Source: Cercozoa sp. M6MM
Taxonomy: Eukaryota; Protista; Endomyxa: Ascetosporea
Assembly (NCBI GenBank): GCA_040357565.1
Contig: JBDODJ010000016.1
Reading direction: 5' to 3' (one strand)
Length of the DNA stretch: 64,000 nt
This document shows positions 34,887 through 48,362 of the stretch, piece after piece; the first letter of the stretch is position 1; each line of letters starts with the position of its first letter. The translations under genes and the position numbers were made by a program. The notes beneath the pieces were generated by a model, which was not told the origin of the DNA, did not search any database, and saw nothing but the letters and a program-made list of their open reading frames with translations.

Positions 34887-35102
34887 TTTGCCCCACTGCG
34901 CAAGAGCACTGAACTATGAGGCTAATCACAGTCCTGCGTCGTTTCAAGGCAGAAGGTGCAGCAGTGCGGTCGCTAGCTGGAACGCCGGTTGCAGACCGAT
35001 CAGAAAAATAAATAAGTGTCCAATCACTGCTTAGCGCAGCTTACTGCGATTATTTGGGTGATACCGACGACAGACACATTGTGACGCACACTCGCAGCAA
35101 CA

Positions 35103-37708
35103 ATGGTATGTATTCTTAAAAATGTGTGGTCCACAATCACATTTTCCTAGTCGTCGCTCGAACTGGTGCGCGAGAAGAAGTTTAGCGACCTCGGCCTGTC
35201 CAAATGTATAAGCGTAGATTCGTTGGATTGTTTTCTCAAGGGACACACAACATATTTAGGGCTCGAAAGGAACTGCGGAATGTTGGGCATGGAACATCCC
35301 TCCAAGATCCAAGATCTGTGCATCCCAGAGGTGCCTTGCTTGGGTTGTGTGCGTGTATGTTGATCACTCGTGAGAAGCGCGTGTTTTCATAGGTTCTCAA
35401 GGGTCGTGATGTCATTGGTCGCTCGCATACAGGCAGTGGTGCAGTCATCATCAGCATGTTGACGCTGTGAGGTAGATCCGTTTTTCTTTAGGCAAGACGG
35501 CGTGTTTCGCACTGCCGCTGCTCCAAAAGCTGAGCGAAGATCCATACGGCGTTTTTGGCGTCGTTCTTGTACTTTTTGTTTCTTTGTTTCTTCGATGATT
35601 GAGAGCTCGGTGTGTGCAGACGCCTGCACGCGAGTTGGCCTTCCAGATTGCTCAGCAGTTTGACGCCTTTGGAAAGTACACAAACGTGCAACCATCCCAA
35701 ATAGTAAGTACCATGTATACCATTGCTGGGTCAGAACCATGAACTGTGACGTTGCTTGTATCACCGGCGGTGGTGACTTCAACAAAGAGGTATGCGCCGA
35801 GTTCGATGATACTCTGTAGTCTATACCTGGGTTTTTAGGCCCGCGCGCTCGAGCAGCGACCGCATGTGATCGTGGCGACGCCGGGCCGATTGGCTGCGCA
35901 CCTGCGCAATGCGACGCCCGAGGAACGGTACCCAGACGTGTTATGAGTTTCCTGCAATTTAACTCGCATACTCAGGGAGGAGTGGTTCGAGTACACGCGC
36001 TTTCTTGTGCTTGACGAAGCTGACCGGTAACGACTTAACTACTCACTGTATGTGCACGTGCACTATACGCCCATGCTTTGAGCAGTCTCCTCGAAGGTGG
36101 CTTCCGCAAGGACCTCGATGTGATTCTCTCTGCCTGTCGCAACTCGCAAGATGGCGAAGAGGACACTGATGACAGCGAGAGGTGCCTTTTTGTACAAACG
36201 TGTTGTGGTGTGAGGATGTGGCTGTGCGTATCACAGACTGCAAGTCTTGTTGTTTTCTGCGACAATGTCGACCACCATGAAGGTTCCTTTACCTCTCAAT
36301 GCACAAATACCCTGCCAGTTGTGTTTGCAGGAGATTGGCGATGTTGCGATGAAGGACGCACTTCTGCTCGAGACGACCAAGCAGGCATCTCTTGACTTCG
36401 TCCTGTGTCCTTTGGGTGATGTTTGTGGTTTGCAGGAAGAGCACGCCACTCCAGACTCGCTGGAACAGACGTACATTTTCGTTCCTCCCAGTACATTTGT
36501 CTTTAGTGTATGCAATGTGCAATCCCACATGCATTCTGTAGAGCTGAAGCTGGCGAACGTGCTAGCTTTGTTGAAGGAACACACAGAAGATTCCGCCATT
36601 CTCTTCGTCAACACGCGAAGGTAGTTGCCATCTCATTACTCCCCTATTTTACACCCAAGTGTCCTGGCAGGAAAGCTGCACTATTGACGGAGACGCTGAG
36701 ACAGTTGGTTAAGGACATGCCCATTAGCGAGAACGACGATGCTGTTCAGACCGCTGAGGGATCGAAGGGCGACTCTGCCGTGTTGGGTGGAATTGAGTCA
36801 CTGCACGGTGGCATGGAGCAGCGCCGACGACTCGCTGCGCTCGGCAAGTTCCGCTGCGGCAAGGCGAGGTGCTTTCTTTCGCAAATTTTTGCCTACCTGA
36901 TGCAAAATGCATTCATTCGCTTACCTTAGAATACTGGTGGCCACCGACGTTGCTGCGCGTGGTCTCGACATTCCTCAAGTTGGTCTTGTTATCAATGTCG
37001 ATGTGCCACGCAAGGCTACGGTACCTTCAAATGACACTGTGTCATCCGCGCTTTGTAACATCTTATGTGCTCCACAGGATTACGTGCATCGAGTTGGTCG
37101 TACTGCTCGTGCAGGAAGGTGTGTTTTGTTCCTGAAAACGTTAAACAAAAACTAGAGCTGATTTGCAGAAAGGGCAAGTCGGTCACTCTGCTGACTCAGT
37201 ACGAAGTCGAACTGTTCCAAGAAGTAGTTTTTTGTTTTTGCTGACATTTTTTTGAAAGCACTTCTGTTTTATTTATGCACAGATGGAAGAGTTGATCGAC
37301 CGCAAGATACAAGAGCACGAGTTTGACCAACATGATGGCGAGGCTATCCTCGACTTGGTGTGTCTCTTGTCATGTCCGTTTCCAGGTGATAACTTTTTTG
37401 ATCAGGTCAAGCCGGTTAACACGGCCGAAAAACTGGCGGCTCTCAACCTTCAGCGCTACGGTAATTCTCATCTCTTCGCATTTTGGACTGGGAGTTTCTG
37501 AATAATATGTTTGATTTCACAGAGATGAAGGAGCAGCAGCGTATGTTCCGTGACACGTACGATGAGACAACACTGCTGACGAAGCGACCTCGTTCTCAAC
37601 AGGTGTGTATCGCTTTTCCATTCTTCGCGTTGGAAATTTGCGTATTGATTTAAACGCAACGTGCTTTCTTAGGTTGATGAGCGCAAGACGAAAAAATCGC
37701 GTAAGTGA
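35103..37708 (+). CDS. DBP8: DEAD-box RNA helicase DBP8/DDX49
   Basis: [25 protein letters not shown] (typical of DBP8), [51 protein letters not shown]. Confidence 0.93.
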
Positions 37709-37869
37709 CATGAATTTACATTTTCCTACGCGACGCGTCGACGTCAGTTTGCACCAATTGGGTACCGGAGCCCTCTCAGATAGGAACCAGGCCTTGGTAA
37801 ATTGAGGGTACTCCAGTGACACAAAAAAAAACTAAGGAACGTATGAAAGTCTGTTCTTAGAGGTAGAGT

Positions 37870-38294
37870 TGTTACTGTAAACATCAAACAACCTACTTGG
37901 CTGACTACTTGCTCCGCGTGGAAGCAACTATCAGTCATGCCAAATAAGAATTGAAGTGTTTGCTAAGGTTGAGAGCTGGTAGCCAAACAATTGAGTGTAG
38001 CCTAGCCGTAGCTTGGCGAGCAGCTCGAAACTGCTGCAAGAATGGAAAAAGGCCCTCTTTCCAATACCAGGTACCTCGAAGGATACCGTGCTTGTTGACC
38101 CAAAGCAACTGACTTGCTCTATCTTGAGCAGGCAAGAGGGTTTTCTTTTGTTTATCATCGAACAAGCCTCTCACCACTTTCAACTGTAACGACGGCCCTA
38201 CCTTGGGTAACCTTCTCTCTTCTGTTATCTTTCGGTTTATTGAGACGTCGAACGAACACGAATTTAAATCTTCATCCGAGAAATAAGAGTAACA
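37870..38294 (+). mobile_element. Solo-LTR-like element, family 1 (about 425 bp; right boundary uncertain)
   Basis: TGTTAC at 37870, GTAACA at 38289-38294, flanks GAGT/CAGT (imperfect TSD); homologous to 29232-29768. Confidence 0.75.
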
Positions 38295-38640
38295 CAGTGG
38301 CAGGTATACCGTCAGCAAGCCGCGGATCTCGTGCAAAACATCGTCTGAGGCCACTACCTCACGCCGAGCTTGCAGCAGACGTAGCCGAATCTGCCCAAGC
38401 CGACAAAGCCACTAAAGCTGACAATCTCACAGTTCGAGAGAGTGAGTTACCCCACCGGTCTAGTTGCGTCAAAGTACTAGTAGACGAAGTTATTACGGCA
38501 CTGCGTTTCTCGTTGTCATCTGACTGCTCGTAAGCGCGGACGATCAAATCTGACCCAGTATGGTTAATAGCGAAGGATTTGTTTTGCTAGGTATCTCCGG
38601 CCTTACATCCTGAGGCTTCGCTTCTACTCGTACTTGCATT

Positions 38641-39183
38641 TGTTACCGCAGCCTTTCAGAAATTGAGGCTTTGGTAGTGCAAAAGAGTACTATGCCAGGA
38701 AAAAGACTAAAGAAAACAAATGGAATCGATGTGAAGAAGAATTGAGTCAGTAGACGTAGTCAGTTCAGAGGTAGTTACCCCAAGATAGGGTCGGCAAAGT
38801 ACAGGAAGTAGACTGGTCGGGAAGGAAGAGAGGCCCGGTAGTCAGAAGAAGGAAGGAAGGAGAAGGAGGGACGTAAGGAGAATAAGAAAGGCTCTCTGTG
38901 CTGGGAAGACAGCAACAAGGGATTCCGTGAGAGTGCAAGGGCTGGAGCCTGGAGAGGTGCTTTACCTGGTGAGTAGAGAGCCTTTCAGGAAAGGAGCAAA
39001 ATCTTGCTCTTTTGAGGTCAGTCTACCAAACACAGGGTAAGGAGGTTAGCAACACTCTCGGAGAGGTCAGGGTACCAGACAAACACAATACACCACACTT
39101 CTCAAAGTACACAATAAATAGCTTTCTTCCACGCGGAGCACCAGAGATCTGACTGGCCGGATGGAAAATGCCGTTTCGTAACA
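38641..39183 (-). mobile_element. Solo-LTR-like element, family 2, intron-containing copy (543 bp)
   Basis: TGTTAC...GTAACA termini, CATT 4-bp TSD; contains minus-strand GT-AG segments at 39023-39075 and 38901-38965 that are absent from the 29769 copy. Confidence 0.9.
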
Positions 39184-39423
39184 CATTGCTAAGTGTTGTG
39201 CAGATCTGACTTTAGAGCTTGGGTCAAGCTTTCTACTGCTCACGATCTCTTCTGCGGAGCAGCGAACTGCTCACAGTAAACAGTACAGTACGTAGTCCAG
39301 TGCTGGCACTGTACAAGGAAAAGAGCTTAATATGTCTGTTCACAATCAGTTTTGTAGCCACTATTCAAAGAACGCGGTCGAAAGAACGTATGATACAACT
39401 CCCGTAGGTCCCGTTCATTTCGT

Positions 39424-40301
39424 TTACGTCAGAAGTAAGTTGAAGAGCGAGTCAGCGGAGCTGGAGGCGCCGGCCCTGTGTGATACCACGTAGATGCAAG
39501 TCCAACTCATTAAATTAGAGTTTACGGTGGGGTCGTGGCGGTTGTGGCGATACGTGATATGAGTGCGCGCGTCCAGTTTGTGGTCTAAATTTACACACCA
39601 AAAAGTTGCCTTCAATACACGCTTCGGTACTACAGAGCAGGGCACGTGTGCGATGGCAGTGGCGAGCGCGCTAGATGTCACATACACACGCGCACTGAGC
39701 GAACAAAGAAACAAGACTGTGTGCTGGGTAAATTTACAAGGCGGCGGCGGTGGTCGGAAACGACTGGGCGAGGGCGGCGTGACATCACCGGACTAGACCG
39801 ATAAGAAGATAAAGGTCTGCAGCATTTTCTGTACAATATCTGAAGGGTACGGCAGGACGACGTCCGCGTGGAGGGGGTCTTGGTAGCGATGACTAAACAC
39901 ACGTACAGTGCAACGTTAAAAGAATCGGTATCATTATACGTACCAAGATATCATCGATGGTTTCAACTGGTGCTGGCGGAACCGGCTTCTTCCTGGCCTA
40001 TAAATCAATGACGAAAAGCTGGAGTATGGAAGGAAGGCAACACGAAAAGGCTACAGGAGGCGGCGGCACAGCACGATGCTGCGTGCTGAGACTCACGCTG
40101 CGCTGCAGCAGCGGCGAAGGCGCGCGAGGCGACGGAGTGCCCAACGGTGTCGTTGCTGACGCTGTCGCTGACGAAGACTGCTCCAGCAACGAGAGTGCCT
40201 CGTCGATGTGTTGAAACACAAAGGTCACGGCGTCGCCTTCCTCCTTCATACCTTGCATCGACGCCAGCTGGTTGTCTGCACACACACAAACACACAAACA
40301 C

Positions 40302-40348
<47 letters not shown>

Positions 40349-42398
40349 CACACACACCATTAGCCTATACTCTTTCTGCCCACTCTATAAGAAAAGTACC
40401 AGAGGCCGACCGCAGCATGGCAGGCGCCAAACAAACACTGAGATTACGCGGCGCCATCTTGGTCGCCGCCAGACACTCTAGGTACCCAAGGACAAGTCAA
40501 ATGAACAGGTCCAAAGGTCCAACAGATAGGTCAAGTGGACAAACTGCAAAATGGACTACCAGGTGACAGGAGACACTGCACGAACAGCAGCAGTTCGCGC
40601 AGCGTGGCCTTGTGCGTCGCACTTCGTGTCTGTCGCAACGCCTCGGCAAAACCGTCGAGTGTCTGCGAGAGAAGGTTCAACGTGCCAACAGTGCGAGATT
40701 AGAGTGAGTGAACCTGCTCAGTGGCCACGCGGCAGAAGGCATTGCGTGCGTCGAACGGCACCAGCGGCACTGGTAGGCCGCGCAGCCACTCCTTCAACAA
40801 GGCGGCGCACGTGTGCGGCGACGTCAATTTCGCGTCGCTTTCGATCGCATAGTCACCTTCTGCCAGCTGCGCACCGCGAAGAGATACAATCTTAAGATAA
40901 AGACAGAGGGAAAGCAACCTTGCGTCGCAGGTACTTGAGGTCGGAAGCACCGGCCGAGAGTCGAAAGATACCCTCGGTGTGATGTCCGTCGAGGTGCTTG
41001 ATTCCGGAAATCAAACGTGTCACCAGCAGCGGCACATACGGCACGTCAGGTCGGCTGTTCTCTCTGTCGTCAGAAGAAGTGACATTGGTATCACAAGGAG
41101 GTAACACGCAAGGTAAAAGGTACGGCAGTGACACGACGTCATCCAATGATGACCGAAACAGTGCACTCGACAGTTCCGGAGGTAGACCCCAGTCTGCCTC
41201 GCCTTCCTGTCAAACAGACTTAGGAGGACCATTCCACAGCAAAGTATTCGACGCACCTCGAGTGCGGCAGCAGCAGCGGCGTGTGACTTCTGCTGCTGCG
41301 TCAGAAAGAGCGCCACTCGCTTGCGCAAAGCTACAAAATTAGACAGGTACAACTCCGATGTACTGGCGTACAACAGAAAAAAGAAAGATAGAGAGGTGAT
41401 ACTCAAATTGTACTCGTCGCGCAGCTCCGTCACAGCCGTGATGAACTCTTTTTGCGCAGCCTCGTAGGCGTCCAGTGCCTAGACAACCAAGTTACTTGTA
41501 CTGAGGAAGTAGGCCAAGTACAGTACCTGGCGTTTCTCATACGCAAGTGCAACTTTTGCAACGGCATCGTCGTACTCTGCGCGTGACCAATACATAGTGC
41601 ACAGTCACAAATGCAGTCTAGCCATCGACGGAGTACGCAGGTGCGTCGTGTCCAACTTGCGTCGGAGTGCCTTGGAACGCTTGATAGATTGCTCGTACAT
41701 TGACAGCGGCACTAGCACCTACAGCACACACAAAGTCTAAAAAGGAGCGAGCAAAGACAAAAGGCGCACCTCGTTTTGGAACTGTTCAAGCAACTCGTTG
41801 ATCGCCGTGTCGGTCACAGTGCGCATGCCAGCTGCAGGAGAACGAGGGCCGGGGTAAATAGAGGGGCACACACAAGATGAGTGTACACTCGGTAGCATTC
41901 AACGGTGGCGGCAACGACGAACTGTTAAACACATATTAGCTGCACGGAGAAACTGCTGTAAAGAGAATCGGTACAACATGCTGCAGAGGTCCTGGCCAAC
42001 TTTCAACGTTCGACGCAGCTGCGCCTCAAACGCCTTGGCTGCAGTGTCGTATACATGTGTATTATAAGAAACAACCATATCTTCAGTACCCTTGGCCAGA
42101 ACGCCATCAAAGTTCTCCACCGCCGCTTCAAGCACAGTCTGCCAAAAGTCTTATACACGACACGACACGAATACCTCAGGATAGAGGCGAGGCACCTTCA
42201 ATTGCGATATCTCGGGTGAGTCTTGACTGCCTTCGCGGCGCCCGGTCTTCTGCAACGCCTGTTGCCGCCAGGCTTTGCTCTGAAGCACACCATGAGGGAA
42301 ACAATAATACTTCACAGCTATCAAAACGGTCCGAGCCCGGCAGCAGCTTGACCACATCGACTCACCTTAGCTTTGAACGAGGCCTTGAACGAGCTCAT
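39424..42398 (-). CDS. BAR-domain + RhoGAP protein with proline-rich tail
   Basis: RhoGAP motifs VPLLV, EGIFRLSAG (arginine finger), AALLKEWLRGLPVPLVP, TKMAPRNLSVCLAPAML; N-terminal helical BAR-like region; 3' end approximate. Confidence 0.85.
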
Positions 42399-42628
42399 CC
42401 CTATCTATACAGAGCCACGCCTCCAGCTCACTGTGTCGGAGAGCTCGATCGTGCGCTACTTGTGCACCCGAAAGTTGTATAGCTTATTATTACAATAATA
42501 ATAAACAACGGTGTCTCGTCTATTTGGACGGTACAAGTGAACGTTGAATATTCGACAAACAATTAAAAAACAAGGTGGCCCGAGAGAGTCTTAACAGTCG
42601 TTCAAGTGTGTGTCAAGTGTGTAGCACA

Positions 42629-44399
42629 ATGTCACAATTTGAAACACAGGATTTAGACGCCTTTTCAGACTACGGTAGCTTCTCAATCCACATGTTTCAT
42701 TCAAATGAAAAATGTGGCTTGTAGACTTTCTGAGTGACGTCTCTCAGTCCCAGTCGCAGTCGCAGACACAATCACAGGTGTTTTTCTTTTAAGCTGTGTA
42801 TTTTGAGCTGCCTGATACAGCTCTGGGTGCAGTCTCAGTTCTCGCAATACGAGTTCGACGGCGATCACGACGACGAGTACGACAACTCGGTAGTTTCGCA
42901 TGTAGAACCTTGCTTTGGTAGATTCTATAATGCCGCGGTTGACAGACAGAGTACCTGGAAGAGGAACGTGACGATGATGATGTCGAACACGCCCATCTGG
43001 AGGTGTGTTCCTGTCTTTTTGATGGGTGTTATTCGTTGTAGTGTTATTCGCGGTAATGTTGAATGTGGTGACCGCAGGAACTAGAGTTCGTGGAGAACGA
43101 AGAGGACCAGAAGCTTCCGCGTGACTCTCTAGTCGATGAACAGCTTGAATACGACTTGCGTGAGGTAACAAGGTGCACTGGGGGGTATAACTACGGAAGT
43201 ATGGCTGGTGTGTGTAGCTTCCGGACCAACACTGCGAGTACTGTGGCATCCACGAACCTGGTACTCGGTCCTTGTTGTCCTAGACTGGCCTTCTGTTTTC
43301 TTTTTGTTTTACCTATTGTTTCCTAGACGCCGTAGTGCAGTGCCGTGTGTGTCGCAAGTGGTTCTGCAACTGGCGCGGTGAGTCATCGACGGCACACATC
43401 GTGCACCACCTGGTGCGGTCAAAGCACAAGCAGGTACAGCCGTCCAATCGTAGTGCTTTTGGTGACTACACAATAACTGTATAGGTTGTACTGCATCCTC
43501 AAGCACAACTGCGCGGCACTCCTGTCGAGTACTCTCTACCTAGACTATACTTTTAGCAAGCAAGAGTGTGACGTATGGCGTGCATAATGTACAGGTGCTA
43601 CAACTGCCGCTGTCGCAATGTGTTCCTGCTCGGTTTCGTTCCGGCACGCAACGAATCCGTCGTCATGGTAGAAGCCTTTCCTGGCTTTCCTCCTGTTTGC
43701 GGTTAAGCATGATGCATCCACTGTGTAGATGCTGTGCCGCGAGCCGTGTCTGACGCACCCGTCGTTGGTGGCGATGGAGTGGAATCCGTCGCAGTGGGAG
43801 CCGCTCATTCAGGATCGTCACATCATCGACTGGCTGGTGCGACGGCCCGACGGTGAGCAACTGGAGCGTGCTATCCGGTCGACGTCGACGCAGATGGTCA
43901 AACTGGAGGAGGCGTGGTTCAACGGACGCGAGGACGTAGACTTTCCCTTCTGCCTTTGTTTTTACTCTTGACCCCCCCTCTCCCCGTAGGCGACGTTGTA
44001 CGACCTGGACGAACCCGAGTTGAACACAGACCCTGAACCAGTGTTGAACCGCTACGAGGATTCGGCACACTACCGCTCGATCATGTCACCGCTGGTACAG
44101 ATGGAAGCCGACTACGATCGCAAGATCAAAGAGTCGCAGACACGCGATGGTGTCACTGTTGAGTGGCGGTATCTTTGTGACATTCTTTCCGTTCCCACCT
44201 TCTGCCACCTGGCTTTTGTAAATTTGATTTCTTCCTGCAGTTTTTCGGAGGAAGACGACACTCTGGCGGACCATATCTATGCCACCTACGAGGGCGGCAG
44301 TCATGCTGCGCATGCTGCCAACAACGTCAACAACAGCAAAAACACGGTTTACGCAGTGTTCCGTTTCGCGTCCACCAACGTGTCGGGTCAGGTGCTTTG

Positions 44400-44473
<74 letters not shown>

Positions 44474-47400
44474 CTGGCAGGAGCTGCACGTGGTGCCGGG
44501 TGACCAGTTGCGTCTGTGTCACGACGGCCTGCTGTGGCAAGGCCAGGGCCAGGTCATGAAGGTCACCGAGAAAGAGGATATCATCCTCGAGGTCTCTGAC
44601 AGTCGGCATCTCACACTCGCCAACGAGGACGAAGATTACGTGCGCTTTCTGTTTTTTCCTTTCCTTTTTTAAAATTTTACTCTCACCTTTTGCAGGAACG
44701 AAAGGACATGCGCGACGAAAAGAAAAAGCCCGTCCCGACCGACTGTCAGACTGGCTTCCGCGTGGAGGTATCCGAAAAATGCCGGAAATACCACTGGACC
44801 GGTGTCTCATTTTATCCTTTCTTGTAGTACGTGTGGAAAAGTACGACGTTTGACCGTCAACTGGTGCGTTGTTCTGTTTTAACCTGGAGTGTTGTGTTCG
44901 AGGCAATGTGTTGTTGTTTTAGGCGGCGTTAAAGGCGTTCACGACGGACGCGCGCGGAGTGAGCTTTTGGTGTTTGCTTAAGGGTGAGTTTTGCGTCTAA
45001 AAGTTTTGTTTTGTGTTACTGCAGCACCCGCGAATGGCCAACGTCATTCGCTGCGCTTTGCTGGTGCCACTTTCTCTTGCTGATCCAGTTTCACTTTGTC
45101 CCTCGCTTGAAGTGGTGTCAACCAGGGCCATGGACATGACGATGCGCTGCTGCCGCCGGACGTTGCGTCGCCGCTGCCTCGTGTGAAGAAGGACACACTC
45201 GTGGTCGCTAGTGGTGCCGCGCCACTTTCCTCACCTTTGACGTTGTGTCACAAACGATTTGGTTATTTACCCTTTGGTGGGTGGATGGACAGGTGTGCAG
45301 CAGCCGCCGAAACTTCCGTCGCTTAACGCGTCGCAGCTGCGTGCTGTTTCTGCTGCAGTCGGTCGCTCACTTTGTCTCATCCAGGTGCGTGCTTGCGTTT
45401 CTTTCTGTCGGACTGTTCCTCGATCCCGCGGTCTCTTTGCACCCTGTTTACTTGCCACAGGGTCCTCCTGGCACGGGCAAGACAGTCACGTCGGCCACCA
45501 TTGTGTACAACATGGTGCAGCAGGCTATGGCGGAACGAAAGGCTATGGTACTCACTGTTTGCCCCGTTGTGCTTGCATTGCACGTTTACCTTCTCTCCTT
45601 GCAGAAGAAAATCAAGGCCGAACACCGACCGCGCGTGCTCGTGGTGGCGCCATCCAACATCGCTGTTGATCAACTGGTAGGCTTCTTCCACCTCCCTGCT
45701 TGTCTGTGTTGTTTATTTGTTATGCTTGTTCAGACTGCGAAACTACACCGTGCTGCACTCAAGGTAATGATACTTCTGCTTTTGTTTATTTGGTCAACTC
45801 TCGGTACGTTTTTTAATGATACAGGTCGTACGCGTCTGCAGTCGCACGCGCGAGAAGGTTCAGTCTGACGTAGACTTCCTGACGCTGCACCGTCTGATGT
45901 ACCCTCTCACTCATAGTCACACCGTCGGTTACGACATGTGCGTGTCTGTAGGTACCAGTTTGCCGAGAAACAGCGAGGACCGTTGTTTGACTTACTTCGG
46001 CGAAAGGAGATGTACGACCGCGATGAGGTTTGCCTCTCACCCCCGTCTTTACGTCTTACTTTACTTTTCACCATTACACCTTGTTTTATAGAGCAAGCGA
46101 TGGAGCAAGAAAGATCAGAACAAGCTGCGCAAACTGCAGGTATGTTTATCTCTGTAAGAACAATGTTTCTCTCTGAGTAAGAACACTTTTGGCAGAACGC
46201 ACTGGAGAAGGAGCTGCTGTTGAATGCTGACGTCATCTGCACTACGTGAGTTTTGACTTTCCCCTGTGTACCACTCTTATTTGCTACCTGTCATCCTTCC
46301 TATCTTGTGCAGTTGTGTCGGTGCCGGCGATCCGCGACTGAAGGACTTCATGTTCACGCGGGTGTTGGTGGACGAGTCGACACAAGCCACAGAACCGGAG
46401 GTAGCTCGGTTCTTTTGTTCTGGGGGGGGGGGGGTATATGTATGCATGCCTTGTAGTCTCTAATCCCGCTAGTGAAAGGCGTGCGACAGTTGTGCATGTA
46501 AACGATTTCCCTTACTTTTCGACTCGGTGTATGCATCGTCTGTACATGCGTGGTGTTCTTGCAGGGTGGGCGACCACTGTCAGTTGGGTCCAGTCATTAT
46601 GCACGCGCCTGTTGCAAACGCCGGCATGCAGCGCTCTCTGTTCGAGCGGTAAGTCACCTCACTTCTCTTGACCTTATTCCTTTTAACCTTCACGTGCGCA
46701 TATCTGTAAAACAGACTCATCGTGCTTGGCGTGAAACCTGTGCGTCTGCAGGTGCAGTACCGTATGCATCCGGCACTGTCGCAGTTCCCGAGCAACACCT
46801 TCTACGAGGGTACTCTGACTGCACCACACGTTTAAACAGAGAAACTGATAGGTTTCAAACAGGCTCGTTGTCCAATGGTGTCTCGGCGGAAGATCGGCCG
46901 CCTCCGCCATCGCTGCGCGAGTTTTGTACTTCCTTTTTTAAACCCTACACCAACCCACCCCACCCCTTTCTTACTGCTCCCGCCCCATGTGAACAGGGCC
47001 GTCGCTGACGTCGCCGATGATGTTCTGGGTGGCACTCGGTCAAGAGGAGGTACATACCGATTCTTTGAACCTGAGATTTTTACCCCACTGTCCCCGTAGT
47101 TTAGCAGCAGCGGCACGTCCTTCCTGAACCGTGTTGAGGCCGCGCAGGTCGAACAGGCCGTGACCTACCTGATGAGCAAGGGCGGCGCCAGACCCGATCA
47201 GATTGGTGTCGTCACACCCTACGAGGGCCAGCGACACTTCATCCGCGCGCACATGCAGGTGTCTATCTGCCTTTTTTATTTTTCTGAGTGTCTTTTTTGT
47301 TTTTTGCCCTGCACGTGTCCTTTCCGACAGAGAGCCGGTCAGTTGCCGCACCGCGAGTTGTACGACGAGGTTGAAGTTGCCTCGGTCGATGCTTTCCAGG

Positions 47401-48326
47401 GTCGCGAGAAGGACTACATCATCCTCTCATGTGTACGCAGCAACGAACATGCTGGTAGGCAACCTATCTTCCTTTTCTTCCTTGCTTACCTGCTTACCTC
47501 TTTCCCCCTGCAGGCATTGGTTTCCTCAAGGACCCGCGTCGAATGAACGTGGCGCTGACGCGTGCCAAGTATGGTCTCATCGTGGTCGGCAACGCTCGCG
47601 TTCTGTCGCGACACCAGGTCCCACCCTCGCTTTCCCTGTGCTTCTTCCCTGTCCGTGTACCCTCGTCTACTGCCAATAGGTTTGGAACAACCTGCTCTTC
47701 CATTTCAAGCGACGCAACGTGCTGGTTGAGGGCCGTATCCAGGTTCACTAATACGCACGTATCTATATACACAGTGTATGTACGTCTGGGTGTTCCACAG
47801 GAATTGCGCCAGAGCAATGTGCGTTTCTCCAACCCGCGACGGTTTCACAACGACCGCCTGCAGCGTGATGGTGCCTTTTTCGCATACATGTATCCTGTGC
47901 ATACAGGCTTACTCTTTCCTTTTAGAGGATGACGACACCTACGGTGGTCCCATGCTGTCTTTGCAAAAGCAAGATGACGGCGATGATACGCGCAGCAAAA
48001 ACGACGACGATCTCTTGACTGGTACCACTGGTCTGCACGCTCCTACCTTGGAAACAGCTTAACTTATCTGTGTCGGTGGTTTAGGCTACGGTCTGACATC
48101 GGGTGCCACCTTCGGTGGTGAAATGTCGCACACAGGCGGCGGTAGCGCCTTCTGGCACGCTTCGTCGTCTCAATTCCACTCACAGCTTGATGATGTACCT
48201 TGCTTCTTTCTGCAAACGTTCGTGCAGGGTGCACGTGTGTAAGGTGTTAATATTGATGGACAGGCCGCACTGACGCAGTCGCAGTCGCAGATGTCGCAGT
48301 TCTCGTCGCAAACGCTTGGCTACTAG
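42629..48326 (+). CDS. UPF1: Regulator of nonsense transcripts 1 (SF1 helicase)
   Basis: CH zinc domain ([38 protein letters not shown]), [58 protein letters not shown]; SQ clusters at both ends. Confidence 0.97.
44400..44473 (+). repeat. (CT)n(TA)n microsatellite in a UPF1 intron
   Basis: Seen directly. Confidence 0.95.
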
Positions 48327-48362
48327 CGAGTATTAATTAGCGTCGCGTCGCATCATCCATCC

